Positions 28,939-37,952 of a stretch of 63,749 nucleotides of DNA are shown in pieces. Under the pieces are notes generated by a model, which had not been told where the DNA came from, did not search any database, and saw only the letters and a list, made by a program, of their open reading frames with translations. The translations under genes and the position numbers were made by a program. This DNA is from an uncultured Collinsella sp. (GTDB taxonomy: Bacteria > Actinomycetota > Coriobacteriia > Coriobacteriales > Coriobacteriaceae). Location: positions 1 through 63,749 of the forward strand of contig URRT01000001.1 in the NCBI GenBank assembly GCA_900550355.1, written 5' to 3'. The first letter of the stretch is position 1. The number at the start of each line of letters is the position of its first letter.

Positions 28939-29889
28939 CTAGTTGCCCGATGTCGTGCCTTGGCTTGAACTGTCAGATGTCGTGCCCGATGTGGTGCCAC
29001 TCGAATTGCTGTTGTTGCTGTCTGCTGTGCCCGTTCCCGACGTGGTGTCGCTCGTCTGGCTGCCCGTGTTCGGCTGCGAACCGTCAGCCGTTTGGCTTGA
29101 GTCGGTCGTGCCGGACGGCGTGCCACTGTTGGCCGTAGAGGAATCGGTGCCCTGCGATTGGTTTTGGGTGTTCGAGGACGAATCGGTAGAGGTAGAACTG
29201 TCTTGCGTGCCGTCCGCTTGTGCCTGCTGATCTTGCGACTGGGTGTTGTCATTTGCATCGCTCTCGGTCGTGCGCGACGAAAGGATTGGCTCGGGGCGCT
29301 CGCCCAGACCCTCGCCGGCGGTGGTGATAAGGATGGCGCCGGCGCAGGCGATGACCGCGACGATGGCGATGGCGATCGAGAAGACGATGACCTTCTTTTG
29401 CGTCTGGCTGCGCTCTGCCGCCGCCTTGGCGCGCAGGCTGTCGGGAGCGACGCGCGCCGTGGTCGCACGCCCCGCAACCTGGCGCATCTCCTGCGTAGTC
29501 GCGGCGCCGCCCAGGTGCTCCTCGGCATTAAACTCAACGGGCTCATAGGCGCCGGCGGGGTAGTCGACGGCGGCGTGCGTACCTTTGAGGGCTTCGGCGC
29601 TGGCAGAGATAAAGTGACGGTAGACCTGCGATGACACAACGGTGATGACCGAGCTCACGGCGGCACCAATTACTGAACCAGCGATACCGATCTTGGAGGC
29701 AAGCGCGACGCTCGTGGCGGCAGCCGCGGCGCCGGCGATGATCTGGGGAATGGAAATGTCGTCGAACAGGCCCTTTTTGGGCGCGATGGCCATGGTCTGT
29801 CCGATGGAATGGTTCTCGTGCACGCCGTTGTTGAGCGATGCCGGCGTCATGACGCGCGTGCGCGGCGCGTCGGTGTACTTGGTTGTCAT
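28939..29889 (-). CDS. Hypothetical membrane protein with Ser/Thr-rich C-terminal tail
   Basis: GGAGG RBS; hydrophobic segments; low-complexity tail. Confidence 0.75.
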   Translation of the reverse strand: MTTKYTDAPRTRVMTPASLNNGVHENHSIGQTMAIAPKKGLFDDISIPQIIAGAAAAATSVALASKIGIAGSVIGAAVSSVITVVSSQVYRHFISASAEALKGTHAAVDYPAGAYEPVEFNAEEHLGGAATTQEMRQVAGRATTARVAPDSLRAKAAAERSQTQKKVIVFSIAIAIVAVIACAGAILITTAGEGLGERPEPILSSRTTESDANDNTQSQDQQAQADGTQDSSTSTDSSSNTQNQSQGTDSSTANSGTPSGTTDSSQTADGSQPNTGSQTSDTTSGTGTADSNNSNSSGTTSGTTSDSSSQGTTSGN

Positions 29890-30064
29890 ACGGGGTCCTC
29901 CCGGTGTAAATCTGCTTCGTTTCATGTAGTCATCAGGGTACCCACCAGATGCGAATCGTACGTGACATTTAACAGATACCATCAACTCATCAAGGGGGGC
30001 TTGCTGTCTTTGGTGCAATAGCTTGATGCTAAACTGGATTTACGATTGTGAGGTGGTTTACGTG

Positions 30065-30304
30065 ATGTACCCGTATATGACATTCGAAGACGGTACCGAG
30101 GTCGTTCATTCTGACCTGATAACAGATGGGGATATCGAAAAGGTTATCGTGCATTTTGAACGGCCGACGGCAGAGGGCTTCGACTCCGCTCGTTGTGAGT
30201 TGCCTTCCTGTTCGTGGACTGACTGGGAAGGGCATTTTACTCAGAGTGAAAAACGAGCTTTCGAAGAGTGTTTGAGCAAATCATTTAGATTAGTTCGAGT
30301 TTAG
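30065..30304 (+). CDS. Hypothetical protein, possibly 3'-truncated by the island
   Basis: GAGGTGG RBS; MYPYMTFEDGTEVVHS...HFERP...SARCELP; GC falls near its end. Confidence 0.6.
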   Translation: MYPYMTFEDGTEVVHSDLITDGDIEKVIVHFERPTAEGFDSARCELPSCSWTDWEGHFTQSEKRAFEECLSKSFRLVRV

Positions 30305-30383
30305 TTCGAATATAGAAGCCGAATGCGATGACCTAAAGCGTATGCATTTTTAGTATTAGATGCGTATGAAATGGAGGATGTGA

Positions 30384-30665
30384 ATGGATGAGCTAATAGA
30401 CTTTAAAAAACGATTTCTCAAGAATGGCGAGCTGGTTTCAATTCCAAAAAAGGAAAGCTATAAAAGAATCATGCTGCTATGGGCCGTCTCTTTCTTTGAA
30501 TTAAATACAAGTTATACGGAGCTTCAGGTTAATCGTGTGCTGTCACAGCTCTATCCTGATTATGCCGTATTGAGGCGGTACTTGGTTGATTATGGATTCC
30601 TATTAAGAGATGAGCGAGGCCTGAAATACGAGGTTAATCGTGATGTTCACGGTATTGAGAGCTAG
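30384..30665 (+). CDS. DUF2087-like small winged-helix protein
   Basis: GELVSIPKK, YTELQVN..L, DYAVLRRYLVDYGFLLR..G..Y; GGAGG RBS. Confidence 0.8.
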   Translation: MDELIDFKKRFLKNGELVSIPKKESYKRIMLLWAVSFFELNTSYTELQVNRVLSQLYPDYAVLRRYLVDYGFLLRDERGLKYEVNRDVHGIES

Positions 30666-31827
30666 CCGTCCGGTTCGGGTCCTATATATTGCTAGAGGGA
30701 TAAGCGAAATAGGCAATTGGTGTGCGAATATTGCTTTGCCAATGCTGATTTACGAGGTAACTCACGATGTTTCTGCAACTGCTTTGATGGTCTGCTGCAG
30801 ATTTGCCCCCTCTCTGTTTTCAGTTGCGCTCGCGCAGCTGCCTCAGAAGATGGGTATCGGAACACTGCAGGCCATGAGATTGGCAGACTTAATTCGCGCG
30901 GGATTATTCGTTTGCTATATTTTTGTTGATAGTAAATGGAGTATGTTTGCTATTACGTGCGCGGTATCGCTTTGCCGAACGGTTGAAATGCCCTGCTTTT
31001 ACTCGTTGTTAAGAGCCAATACGAATAGTATCAATCGCGACGTAATTAATAATTCGTTTGGGTTTCTGCAGAATTTGATGATGGTTCTGGGGCCAGTTGT
31101 CGGCGGTTTTGTTGTCGCTCAATTTGGGGCGGAGGCTGTTCTTGCATTAGACGCGCTTTCTTTTGCCGCGTCGTTCTGGTTGCTGCGAGATGTTCCGTCG
31201 GTTATCGAGGTTAATGATAAAGAGGGGATAAGCAAAAATGAAAAAAACAGGACTGCATTTAGTGATCTTAGCGCGAAGCACTTGGCAATTGGTTTCCTAT
31301 TAATCGATATTTCTAGTGGCGTGGCATTCGGCTCTCTGAATTCTCTTTTGCCAGCTATTGCGCAATTGCAATTTGACTCGTCATCGATACAATACGGATT
31401 CCTTCAGAGTAGTCTTACAATCGGACTGTTGTTCGGAAATACAATATATGGTCGTTTAATTAGTGGTTCCGATTGCATTAAATCATATTGTTTTGTGACG
31501 TATCTTGCGCTCGGTGCGTATCTGGCGTTTGGCTATCGCTATGCGTCTGGAATATCGTTTATTTTCCTTTTTATCGTCGGTGCCGGAAACGCCATTCAAG
31601 ATGTGCTTCTCATAACATCGCTGCAGGATTTGGCGAGAGACGAATCTGAATCGATAAGCCTGTTTTCAATTAGGGAGTCTTTGCAATCGGTTGCTGTTGT
31701 TATTTCAACACTCCTTGTTTCGCTGTTCACGAGCATCGCGATGTTCTCAATTCTCGTTACAGGACTTGGTGTATTTTCAATTATGATGGTAGTTGTGTTT
31801 CAATTGAATTATTTGCGAAAGATGTGA
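30643..31827 (+). CDS. MFS transporter (DHA3/macrolide-efflux-like), putative exporter
   Basis: ISEIGNW...IALP, ADLIRA, LGPVVGG, LDALSF; many TM segments. Confidence 0.85.
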   Translation: MFTVLRASRPVRVLYIARGISEIGNWCANIALPMLIYEVTHDVSATALMVCCRFAPSLFSVALAQLPQKMGIGTLQAMRLADLIRAGLFVCYIFVDSKWSMFAITCAVSLCRTVEMPCFYSLLRANTNSINRDVINNSFGFLQNLMMVLGPVVGGFVVAQFGAEAVLALDALSFAASFWLLRDVPSVIEVNDKEGISKNEKNRTAFSDLSAKHLAIGFLLIDISSGVAFGSLNSLLPAIAQLQFDSSSIQYGFLQSSLTIGLLFGNTIYGRLISGSDCIKSYCFVTYLALGAYLAFGYRYASGISFIFLFIVGAGNAIQDVLLITSLQDLARDESESISLFSIRESLQSVAVVISTLLVSLFTSIAMFSILVTGLGVFSIMMVVVFQLNYLRKM

Positions 31828-31834
31828 CGTTGAT

Positions 31835-34156
31835 ATGCCTAAAACGCTTTTAGTATTTCCCCCAGGATGGAGTCCAGTGGGGCCGTATCTTGCCTTGCCT
31901 GTTTTGAAGTCATATCTTCAAGAGGTTGAACAATATAAAGTTGACATCGTTGACTTAAACGTGGAATTTTACGATGACCTCCTATCTTTTAGACATGTCG
32001 AAGAGTGCTGTAAAAGGTATCGGGAATCAAAGGATTCGTTTAGTTCGAATGTTCAATTAACAATCGAGTTGATACAAAAGTCAGCACTTAATGTTGACGA
32101 GGCAAAAGATATTTTCAGATCGAAGAGATACTTTAATCTAAAAGAAAGACAATATGCTGAAAACATTTTTAGAAATGCACTCTATATCATAAATCACGTC
32201 TCATATGGAGTTAAATACACGTTCAACTCCATAGATCTGCCCTATGATTATTATTCGACACCAGAAATAATGAAATCGCTTGCGGATACCTTGCATAATC
32301 CGTTTATTTCCTTCTATGAAACTGCCTTTCTTAAGCGTATTCAGAGGGAAAAAATCGAGTTTATTGGGATTTCGGTGAGCGGCTGTTTCCAATTGATTTC
32401 TGCAGTTACGTTAGCGAAACTGATTAAAGAAGAATGTCCATCTGTTAAACACGTCTCATTGGGCGGCAATTACATTACTCGTTTAGCAGATGACTGCATG
32501 AAAGAATGGCATCCCTTTTTTGAATACATTGATTCGATAATGATGTATGACGGCGAAGAGCCGCTTGCACGTCTTCTTGAGGCTCTTGACTCTGGTGATG
32601 ACAATCTCGACTGTGTTCCAAACCTTTGCCATGCTAAAGGTGGGAAGATATATAAAAACCATCGGATTGAGCAAACATTTATCAACGATACGGTTCCCGA
32701 TTTCGATGGCTTCGCCCTTTCTAAATACTTCATGCCTGAGTTAATATTGCCGGTTTATTCCTCTAGGCAGTGTTTTAATCATTGCGCCTTCTGCACCATT
32801 CCCGGTGCTACCGGTGGTTGTTACCGAAAGATGCCTATATCGAGAGTATTTGAAATAATGTGTCGGTTAAATGAAAAATACGGCACGAGAGTTTTCTCTT
32901 TTGTGGATGAAACATTCGAAGGCAAAAGAATGGAGCAACTCGCGGATGAAATAAACGCATCGGGAAAAACGTTTTTCTGGCATGGAGAAACGAGGTTCTC
33001 TCCAACCCTAAGTACAGACGTTTTCAACAAGATATACCAAAGTGGATGTAGGCAGATTCAGTTTGGCCTCGAGTCATACAACCAAAGAGTTCTTGATCTA
33101 ATGAAGAAGAACACGAGAGTTGATTGGATTGATCGCAATATCCATGATTGTCTCAATGCGGGTATTCCTGTTCATCTATTCTTTATGATTGGCTTTCCGA
33201 CCGAAACTAAAGAAGAGGCTCTGAACACCTTAGCTTATACAGAGAATGTTTTGAATTATTCAAAACAGGTATGTGGTGTTCCATATTCCACGAGAGGATT
33301 TACGAATTTTGGTCTCGTTATGGGGTCGGATGTTTGGAATCATCCCGATAAGTATGGTGTCTCTGTAATGCCGAAGTCCCAATATGAGGATTTGCGCCTC
33401 GAAGTGGATTATGTTTCAGGCACTGGTTTAACTTTAAATGAAGCAAAATCCTTATCTGATGAGCATCATATTGATTTTTATATGCAAGAGGTCATAAACG
33501 GTAGCGACACAATTGACTTGCCCCAGCGGCTTCATATTTCAGAGGTGACCTGGATCCTAGATTCTATTCACGCTGTCAGGTATAAGGGACATTTGACCAA
33601 AGTAAAGCGACGGCTAACTAGTCTAAATCCAGCTGATCGAATCTGGCTGGATTCCAAGACCTCTGTCGTGCTCGTTGAGCCATTTGCCTACTTCTATAAT
33701 TCTGAATACCATCATGTCTATGCTGTTTCCCAGTTGGTATACCTTAAGTTGGCCCGTTTATTGGAGGCCGATTGTAGCATTTCTCTTATCCTTGATCAGG
33801 GCGACCTCGAGCTGACAAGGACGATAGAAGAACTGTTGCATTATGGATTGCTGAATACAAATATCGATGCCGATTATGTAATGCACGATAATGGTTTTCA
33901 ATTGGTTAAAAGTTCGTTTGTGAAAGAAGTCGGACGCTCAAAAGAGGGGTTAAGAGTACTGCTGAGTTGTGCCACCCATAGAATGTGTGCGGTTAATGAT
34001 TTTTCGTTCGCTTTGCTTTCGTTGTTTGAAAAGCCGATTACTAAGAACGAGGTGCGCGACATTTTGAAAAAAGAGGGACTATCGGCAAACGAGGAGCAAT
34101 TAAACAAGTTGGTTGATAATTGCATGAAAGCAGATATACTACAGTTGATTAGATAG
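31835..34156 (+). CDS. Cobalamin-binding radical SAM protein with putative C-terminal RRE/PqqD-like domains
   Basis: LVFPP..PYLALPVL; B12-domain-like FIGISV..FQ..LGGNY..DGEEPL; CFNHCAFC (Cx3Cx2C); FGLES; MIGFPTET. Confidence 0.88.
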   Translation: MPKTLLVFPPGWSPVGPYLALPVLKSYLQEVEQYKVDIVDLNVEFYDDLLSFRHVEECCKRYRESKDSFSSNVQLTIELIQKSALNVDEAKDIFRSKRYFNLKERQYAENIFRNALYIINHVSYGVKYTFNSIDLPYDYYSTPEIMKSLADTLHNPFISFYETAFLKRIQREKIEFIGISVSGCFQLISAVTLAKLIKEECPSVKHVSLGGNYITRLADDCMKEWHPFFEYIDSIMMYDGEEPLARLLEALDSGDDNLDCVPNLCHAKGGKIYKNHRIEQTFINDTVPDFDGFALSKYFMPELILPVYSSRQCFNHCAFCTIPGATGGCYRKMPISRVFEIMCRLNEKYGTRVFSFVDETFEGKRMEQLADEINASGKTFFWHGETRFSPTLSTDVFNKIYQSGCRQIQFGLESYNQRVLDLMKKNTRVDWIDRNIHDCLNAGIPVHLFFMIGFPTETKEEALNTLAYTENVLNYSKQVCGVPYSTRGFTNFGLVMGSDVWNHPDKYGVSVMPKSQYEDLRLEVDYVSGTGLTLNEAKSLSDEHHIDFYMQEVINGSDTIDLPQRLHISEVTWILDSIHAVRYKGHLTKVKRRLTSLNPADRIWLDSKTSVVLVEPFAYFYNSEYHHVYAVSQLVYLKLARLLEADCSISLILDQGDLELTRTIEELLHYGLLNTNIDADYVMHDNGFQLVKSSFVKEVGRSKEGLRVLLSCATHRMCAVNDFSFALLSLFEKPITKNEVRDILKKEGLSANEEQLNKLVDNCMKADILQLIR

Positions 34157-34169
34157 AGGAGGTTTCTGC

Positions 34170-34280
34170 ATGGACGTTATTAACAAAGATCTCTTGGAGC
34201 AACTGAAAGAGTTTCAGGAAGAGGGCGTCGTGGTAGAAGTGTTCGACTTTGAGGACTACATGGATAAATTCTGCCATTAG
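34170..34280 (+). CDS. Putative RiPP precursor peptide (36 aa: MDVINKDLLEQLKEFQEEGVVVEVFDFEDYMDKFCH)
   Basis: GAGGAGG RBS 34156-34162, 13 nt after the rSAM stop, followed by a terminator. Confidence 0.75.
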   Translation: MDVINKDLLEQLKEFQEEGVVVEVFDFEDYMDKFCH

Positions 34281-34304
34281 TTTCGGAATTTACTCGCCTC
34301 GCTT

Positions 34305-34338
34305 AAAGGAGAAGTCGATTATCGATTTCTCCTTTTTT
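34305..34338 (+). terminator. Intrinsic terminator of the rSAM operon
   Basis: aaaggagaagtcgat-t-atcgatttctcctttttt. Confidence 0.8.
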
Positions 34339-34468
34339 AATTAAAGATATTATTGAAATACATGCTCCTAGCACAGGTTGGCCTCTCAGTAAACTGGGAG
34401 GTTGCTTTGGCTAGTTAGAGATATGTGAACGTCCGTTAGACTGAATCTCAGGGTAGAAGGGGCCTCCA

Positions 34469-36469
34469 GTGTCCAGATCAACTAGGCAATGCTGCGTTTC
34501 GGCTAATAAGAACGATGGCTTTTTGCGTGTGGCGGCGGCGTCGCCACAGATTCGCGTGGCCGATGTCGAGGGCAATGCCGAGGTTGCGCTGGCGGCTGTT
34601 CGCGAGGCTACCGAGCGCGGCGTTCGCGCGCTGGTGCTGCCCGAGCTCAACTTGTGCGGCTATACCGCGGCCGATCTGTTCCATAACCGCACACTGCTGC
34701 ATGCCTGCGAGGCTGCTCTGGTGCATATCCTCGATGAAACCCGTGAGCTGCCGATCGTCTTTACCATCGGTCTTCCCGTTGCGGTTGCCGAGAATATCTA
34801 CAACTGTGCCGCCGTGTGCTGCGCGGGCGAGCTTTTGGGCCTCACGGCCAAGAAGTATCTGCCTAACTATGGCGAGTTCTATGAGCGTCGTTGGTTTGCT
34901 CCGGCGCCCGCAGATCCCGTGTGGGTCGAGTTTGCCGGTCAGGGTCCGGTTCCGTTGGGTTCGGAGCTTGTCTACCGCTGCTGTGACGAGGGTGCCGAGG
35001 ATATGGTGCTGGGCGTTGAGGTCTGCGAGGATCTGTGGGTGCCGGCGCCCCCTTCGACCGAGATGGCGCTTGCCGGTGCGACGGTGATTCTCAACCCGTC
35101 GGCTTCTGACGAAATCATCGGTAAGGCAGATTACCGCCGCAGCCTTATCTCTAATCAAAGCGCGCGCCTGTACTGTGCCTATGCCTATGCGGACGCGAGC
35201 GAGGGCGAGTCCACGACCGATATGGTCTTTGCGGGCGAGAACCTCGTCTACGAAAACGGCTCTAAGCTGGCGGCGACGAAGCTCCTTACCTGCGATATGG
35301 CGGTTGCCCATGTTGTCCTCGACCGTCTGGTTGCCGAGCGCCGTCGCTCGACGACGTGGACGCGCGCGGACGATGCGCCGGAGGCCACAACCGTTGAATT
35401 TTCGTTTGAGGGCGTGCTGGCAGACGAGCCTGTCCTGCGCGATGCACTCGACATTTACCGTGTCTTCCCCCGCGCGCCCTTTGTGCCGGCCGACCACGGT
35501 GATCTGGCCGAGCGCTGCGAGACTATTCTCAATCTGCAGACTGCTGGCCTCAAGACCCGCCTTGCCCATACGGGTACCAAGGCTGCAGCCATCGGCCTTT
35601 CGGGTGGCTTGGACTCCACGCTGGCGCTGCTTGTGACCGTGCGTGCCTTCGATGCGCTGGGGCTGCCGCGCACGGGTATCACGGCGGTCTCCATGCCAGG
35701 TTTTGGCACGACGCATCGCACCAAGTCCAATGCCGAGTCGCTTGCCCGCGACCTGGGCGTGAGTTTCCGTGAGGTTTCGATCCACGCGGCCGTGGAGCAG
35801 CACTTCAAGGACATTGAGCACGATCCGACCGTGCAGGACGTGACCTACGAGAACGGCCAGGCGCGCGAGCGTACGCAGATTCTGATGGATCTGGCCAACC
35901 AGACTGGCGGTTTTGTCATCGGCACGGGCGACCTGTCGGAGCTGGCGCTCGGCTGGGCTACGTACAACGGTGACCACATGAGCATGTACGCCGTCAACGC
36001 GAGCGTGCCCAAGACGCTTGTGCGCCATCTGGTGCGCTATGCGGCCGATGTCTTTGGCGGGCGCATTGCCGAGGTTTTGCTCGATATCCTCGACACGCCG
36101 GTGTCCCCCGAGCTTCTGCCGCCCACGGGCGACGGCGAGATTGCGCAGAAGACTGAGGATTTGGTGGGCCCGTACGAGCTGCACGACTACTTCCTCTACT
36201 ACCTGCTGCGTTTTGGCTTTGAGCCGGGCAAGATCTACCGTATGGCGCTCAAGAGCTTCGAGGGCGTTTACGACGCCAAGACCGTCCACACGTGGCTGCG
36301 TACGTTCTACCGTCGCTTCTTTGCCCAGCAGTTTAAGCGCAGCTGCCTGCCCGATGGTCCCAAGGTGGGCTCGGTGACGCTCAGCCCGCGCGGCGATTGG
36401 CGCATGCCAAGTGACGCCAGCTCGCGACTGTGGCTTGCGCAGATCGACGCGCTTAATGCAATTGACTAA
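34469..36469 (+). CDS. nadE: Glutamine-dependent NAD+ synthetase
   Basis: Nitrilase domain (PEL, KYLPNYGEFYE, EVCEDLW), GLSGGLDSTL, QQFKRSCLPDGPKVG; start uncertain. Confidence 0.95.
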   Translation: MSRSTRQCCVSANKNDGFLRVAAASPQIRVADVEGNAEVALAAVREATERGVRALVLPELNLCGYTAADLFHNRTLLHACEAALVHILDETRELPIVFTIGLPVAVAENIYNCAAVCCAGELLGLTAKKYLPNYGEFYERRWFAPAPADPVWVEFAGQGPVPLGSELVYRCCDEGAEDMVLGVEVCEDLWVPAPPSTEMALAGATVILNPSASDEIIGKADYRRSLISNQSARLYCAYAYADASEGESTTDMVFAGENLVYENGSKLAATKLLTCDMAVAHVVLDRLVAERRRSTTWTRADDAPEATTVEFSFEGVLADEPVLRDALDIYRVFPRAPFVPADHGDLAERCETILNLQTAGLKTRLAHTGTKAAAIGLSGGLDSTLALLVTVRAFDALGLPRTGITAVSMPGFGTTHRTKSNAESLARDLGVSFREVSIHAAVEQHFKDIEHDPTVQDVTYENGQARERTQILMDLANQTGGFVIGTGDLSELALGWATYNGDHMSMYAVNASVPKTLVRHLVRYAADVFGGRIAEVLLDILDTPVSPELLPPTGDGEIAQKTEDLVGPYELHDYFLYYLLRFGFEPGKIYRMALKSFEGVYDAKTVHTWLRTFYRRFFAQQFKRSCLPDGPKVGSVTLSPRGDWRMPSDASSRLWLAQIDALNAID

Positions 36470-36587
36470 GGTTGGCCAAATTGAACCAATACGGGGGTTG
36501 CAAGCGTTACACTTTTGCAATCTGATGGCCCGTATCGCGCGGCGCTCTTGTCGGAGCGCCGCGTTTTTTATATCGAAAGGTGGCACC

Positions 36588-37751
36588 ATGCAGGCATCGC
36601 AGCGTCTCGACCGCTTTGGCGCGGAGGTTTTCGCCTCGCTCAACAACAAGCTTCTCGCACTGAAGGCTCAGGGCAAGACCATTTACAACATGAGCGTGGG
36701 CACGCCCGACTTTAAGCCGTACGACCACGTGGTCGAGGCACTCACACAAGCAGCCCAAGATCCTGAGATGTGGAAGTATGCCCTGCGCGACCTGCCCGAA
36801 CTCAAGCAAGCCGTGTGCGATTACTATGAGCGTCGCTTTGGCGTTTCGGGCATTACGCCGTCCATGGTGCAGTCGTGCAACGGCACGCAGGAGGGTGTGG
36901 GCCATTTGGGCCTGGCCCTGCTCGACCCGGGTGACACCATTCTGGTTCCCGATCCGTGCTACCCGGTCTTCGAGGCGGGCGCCAAAATCGCCGATGCCAA
37001 ACTCGAGTACTATCCGTTGGTTGCCGAGCACAATTACCTGCCCTATGTGGCGGGTATCGACCCCGAAGTTGCCGATCGTGCCAAGTATATGATCGTGTCG
37101 CTGCCCGCCAACCCGGTGGGCTCGGTGGGCACGCCCGAGATCTACGAGGAGATCATCGCTTTCGCCCGCGAGCACGACCTGCTGATCGTCCATGACAACG
37201 CATACTCCGACATCGTGTTCGACGGCGAGCCGTGCGGCAGCTTCTTGCAGTATCCCGGTGCGCTCGAGGTGGGCGTGGAGTTCTTCTCGCTCTCCAAGTC
37301 GTTTAATGTCACCGGTGCCCGCATTGGCTTTTTGGTCGGTCGCGAGGATGTGGTCTCGGCCTTTGCCAAGCTGCGCGGCCAGATCGACTTCGGTATGTTC
37401 TTCCCGATCCAGAAGGCCGCCATCGCCTGCCTGAACGGTCCGCGCGATGAAGTCGAGGCGCAGCGTCTGAAGTACCAGGAGCGCCGCGACGCCCTGTGCG
37501 ACGGTCTTGAGGACCTGGGCTGGGAGCGTCCCAACGCGCATGGCTCTATGTTTGTGTGGGCCAAGCTTCCCGGTGGTCGCACCGATTCCATGGCGTTTTG
37601 CGAGGAGCTCATGGAGAAGGCCGGCGTTGTGGTGACGCCGGGCGCGAGCTTTGGTCCTTCGGGCGAGGGGCACGTGCGCATGGCGCTGGTTCTGCCACCC
37701 GATCAGATTGCTTTGGCTGTCGAGGCCATTCGCGAGGCGGGCCTGTATTAG
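36588..37751 (+). CDS. PLP-dependent class I/II aminotransferase
   Basis: ANPVG, HDNAY, SLSKSFNVTGARIG. Confidence 0.9.
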   Translation: MQASQRLDRFGAEVFASLNNKLLALKAQGKTIYNMSVGTPDFKPYDHVVEALTQAAQDPEMWKYALRDLPELKQAVCDYYERRFGVSGITPSMVQSCNGTQEGVGHLGLALLDPGDTILVPDPCYPVFEAGAKIADAKLEYYPLVAEHNYLPYVAGIDPEVADRAKYMIVSLPANPVGSVGTPEIYEEIIAFAREHDLLIVHDNAYSDIVFDGEPCGSFLQYPGALEVGVEFFSLSKSFNVTGARIGFLVGREDVVSAFAKLRGQIDFGMFFPIQKAAIACLNGPRDEVEAQRLKYQERRDALCDGLEDLGWERPNAHGSMFVWAKLPGGRTDSMAFCEELMEKAGVVVTPGASFGPSGEGHVRMALVLPPDQIALAVEAIREAGLY

Positions 37752-37952
37752 AAAGCTATTTCGCCTCGTCAATAGCTCGAAACCGATTTCGTGCAGTTAT
37801 TTTACGAATCCTGCAAACAATTTCGGTAAACGGTCGATTTTTGGCTGCGAATAGGAGCATAATCAAAGTCCCGATTGGATGTATTGGGATTACGGCAAGC
37901 CGCTCGGGTCGTTCCCGGGCGGCTTGTTTGTGGAGTGAGATGGGAGTTTCTT

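Noticed and set aside
27790..29260. Low-complexity EP/AP and S/T/G runs
   Set aside because: Disordered linkers within hypothetical proteins, not DNA-level arrays.
30289..30310. GTTCGA half-sites as a LexA box
   Set aside because: Arranged as direct repeats, not the GAAC-N4-GTTC palindrome.
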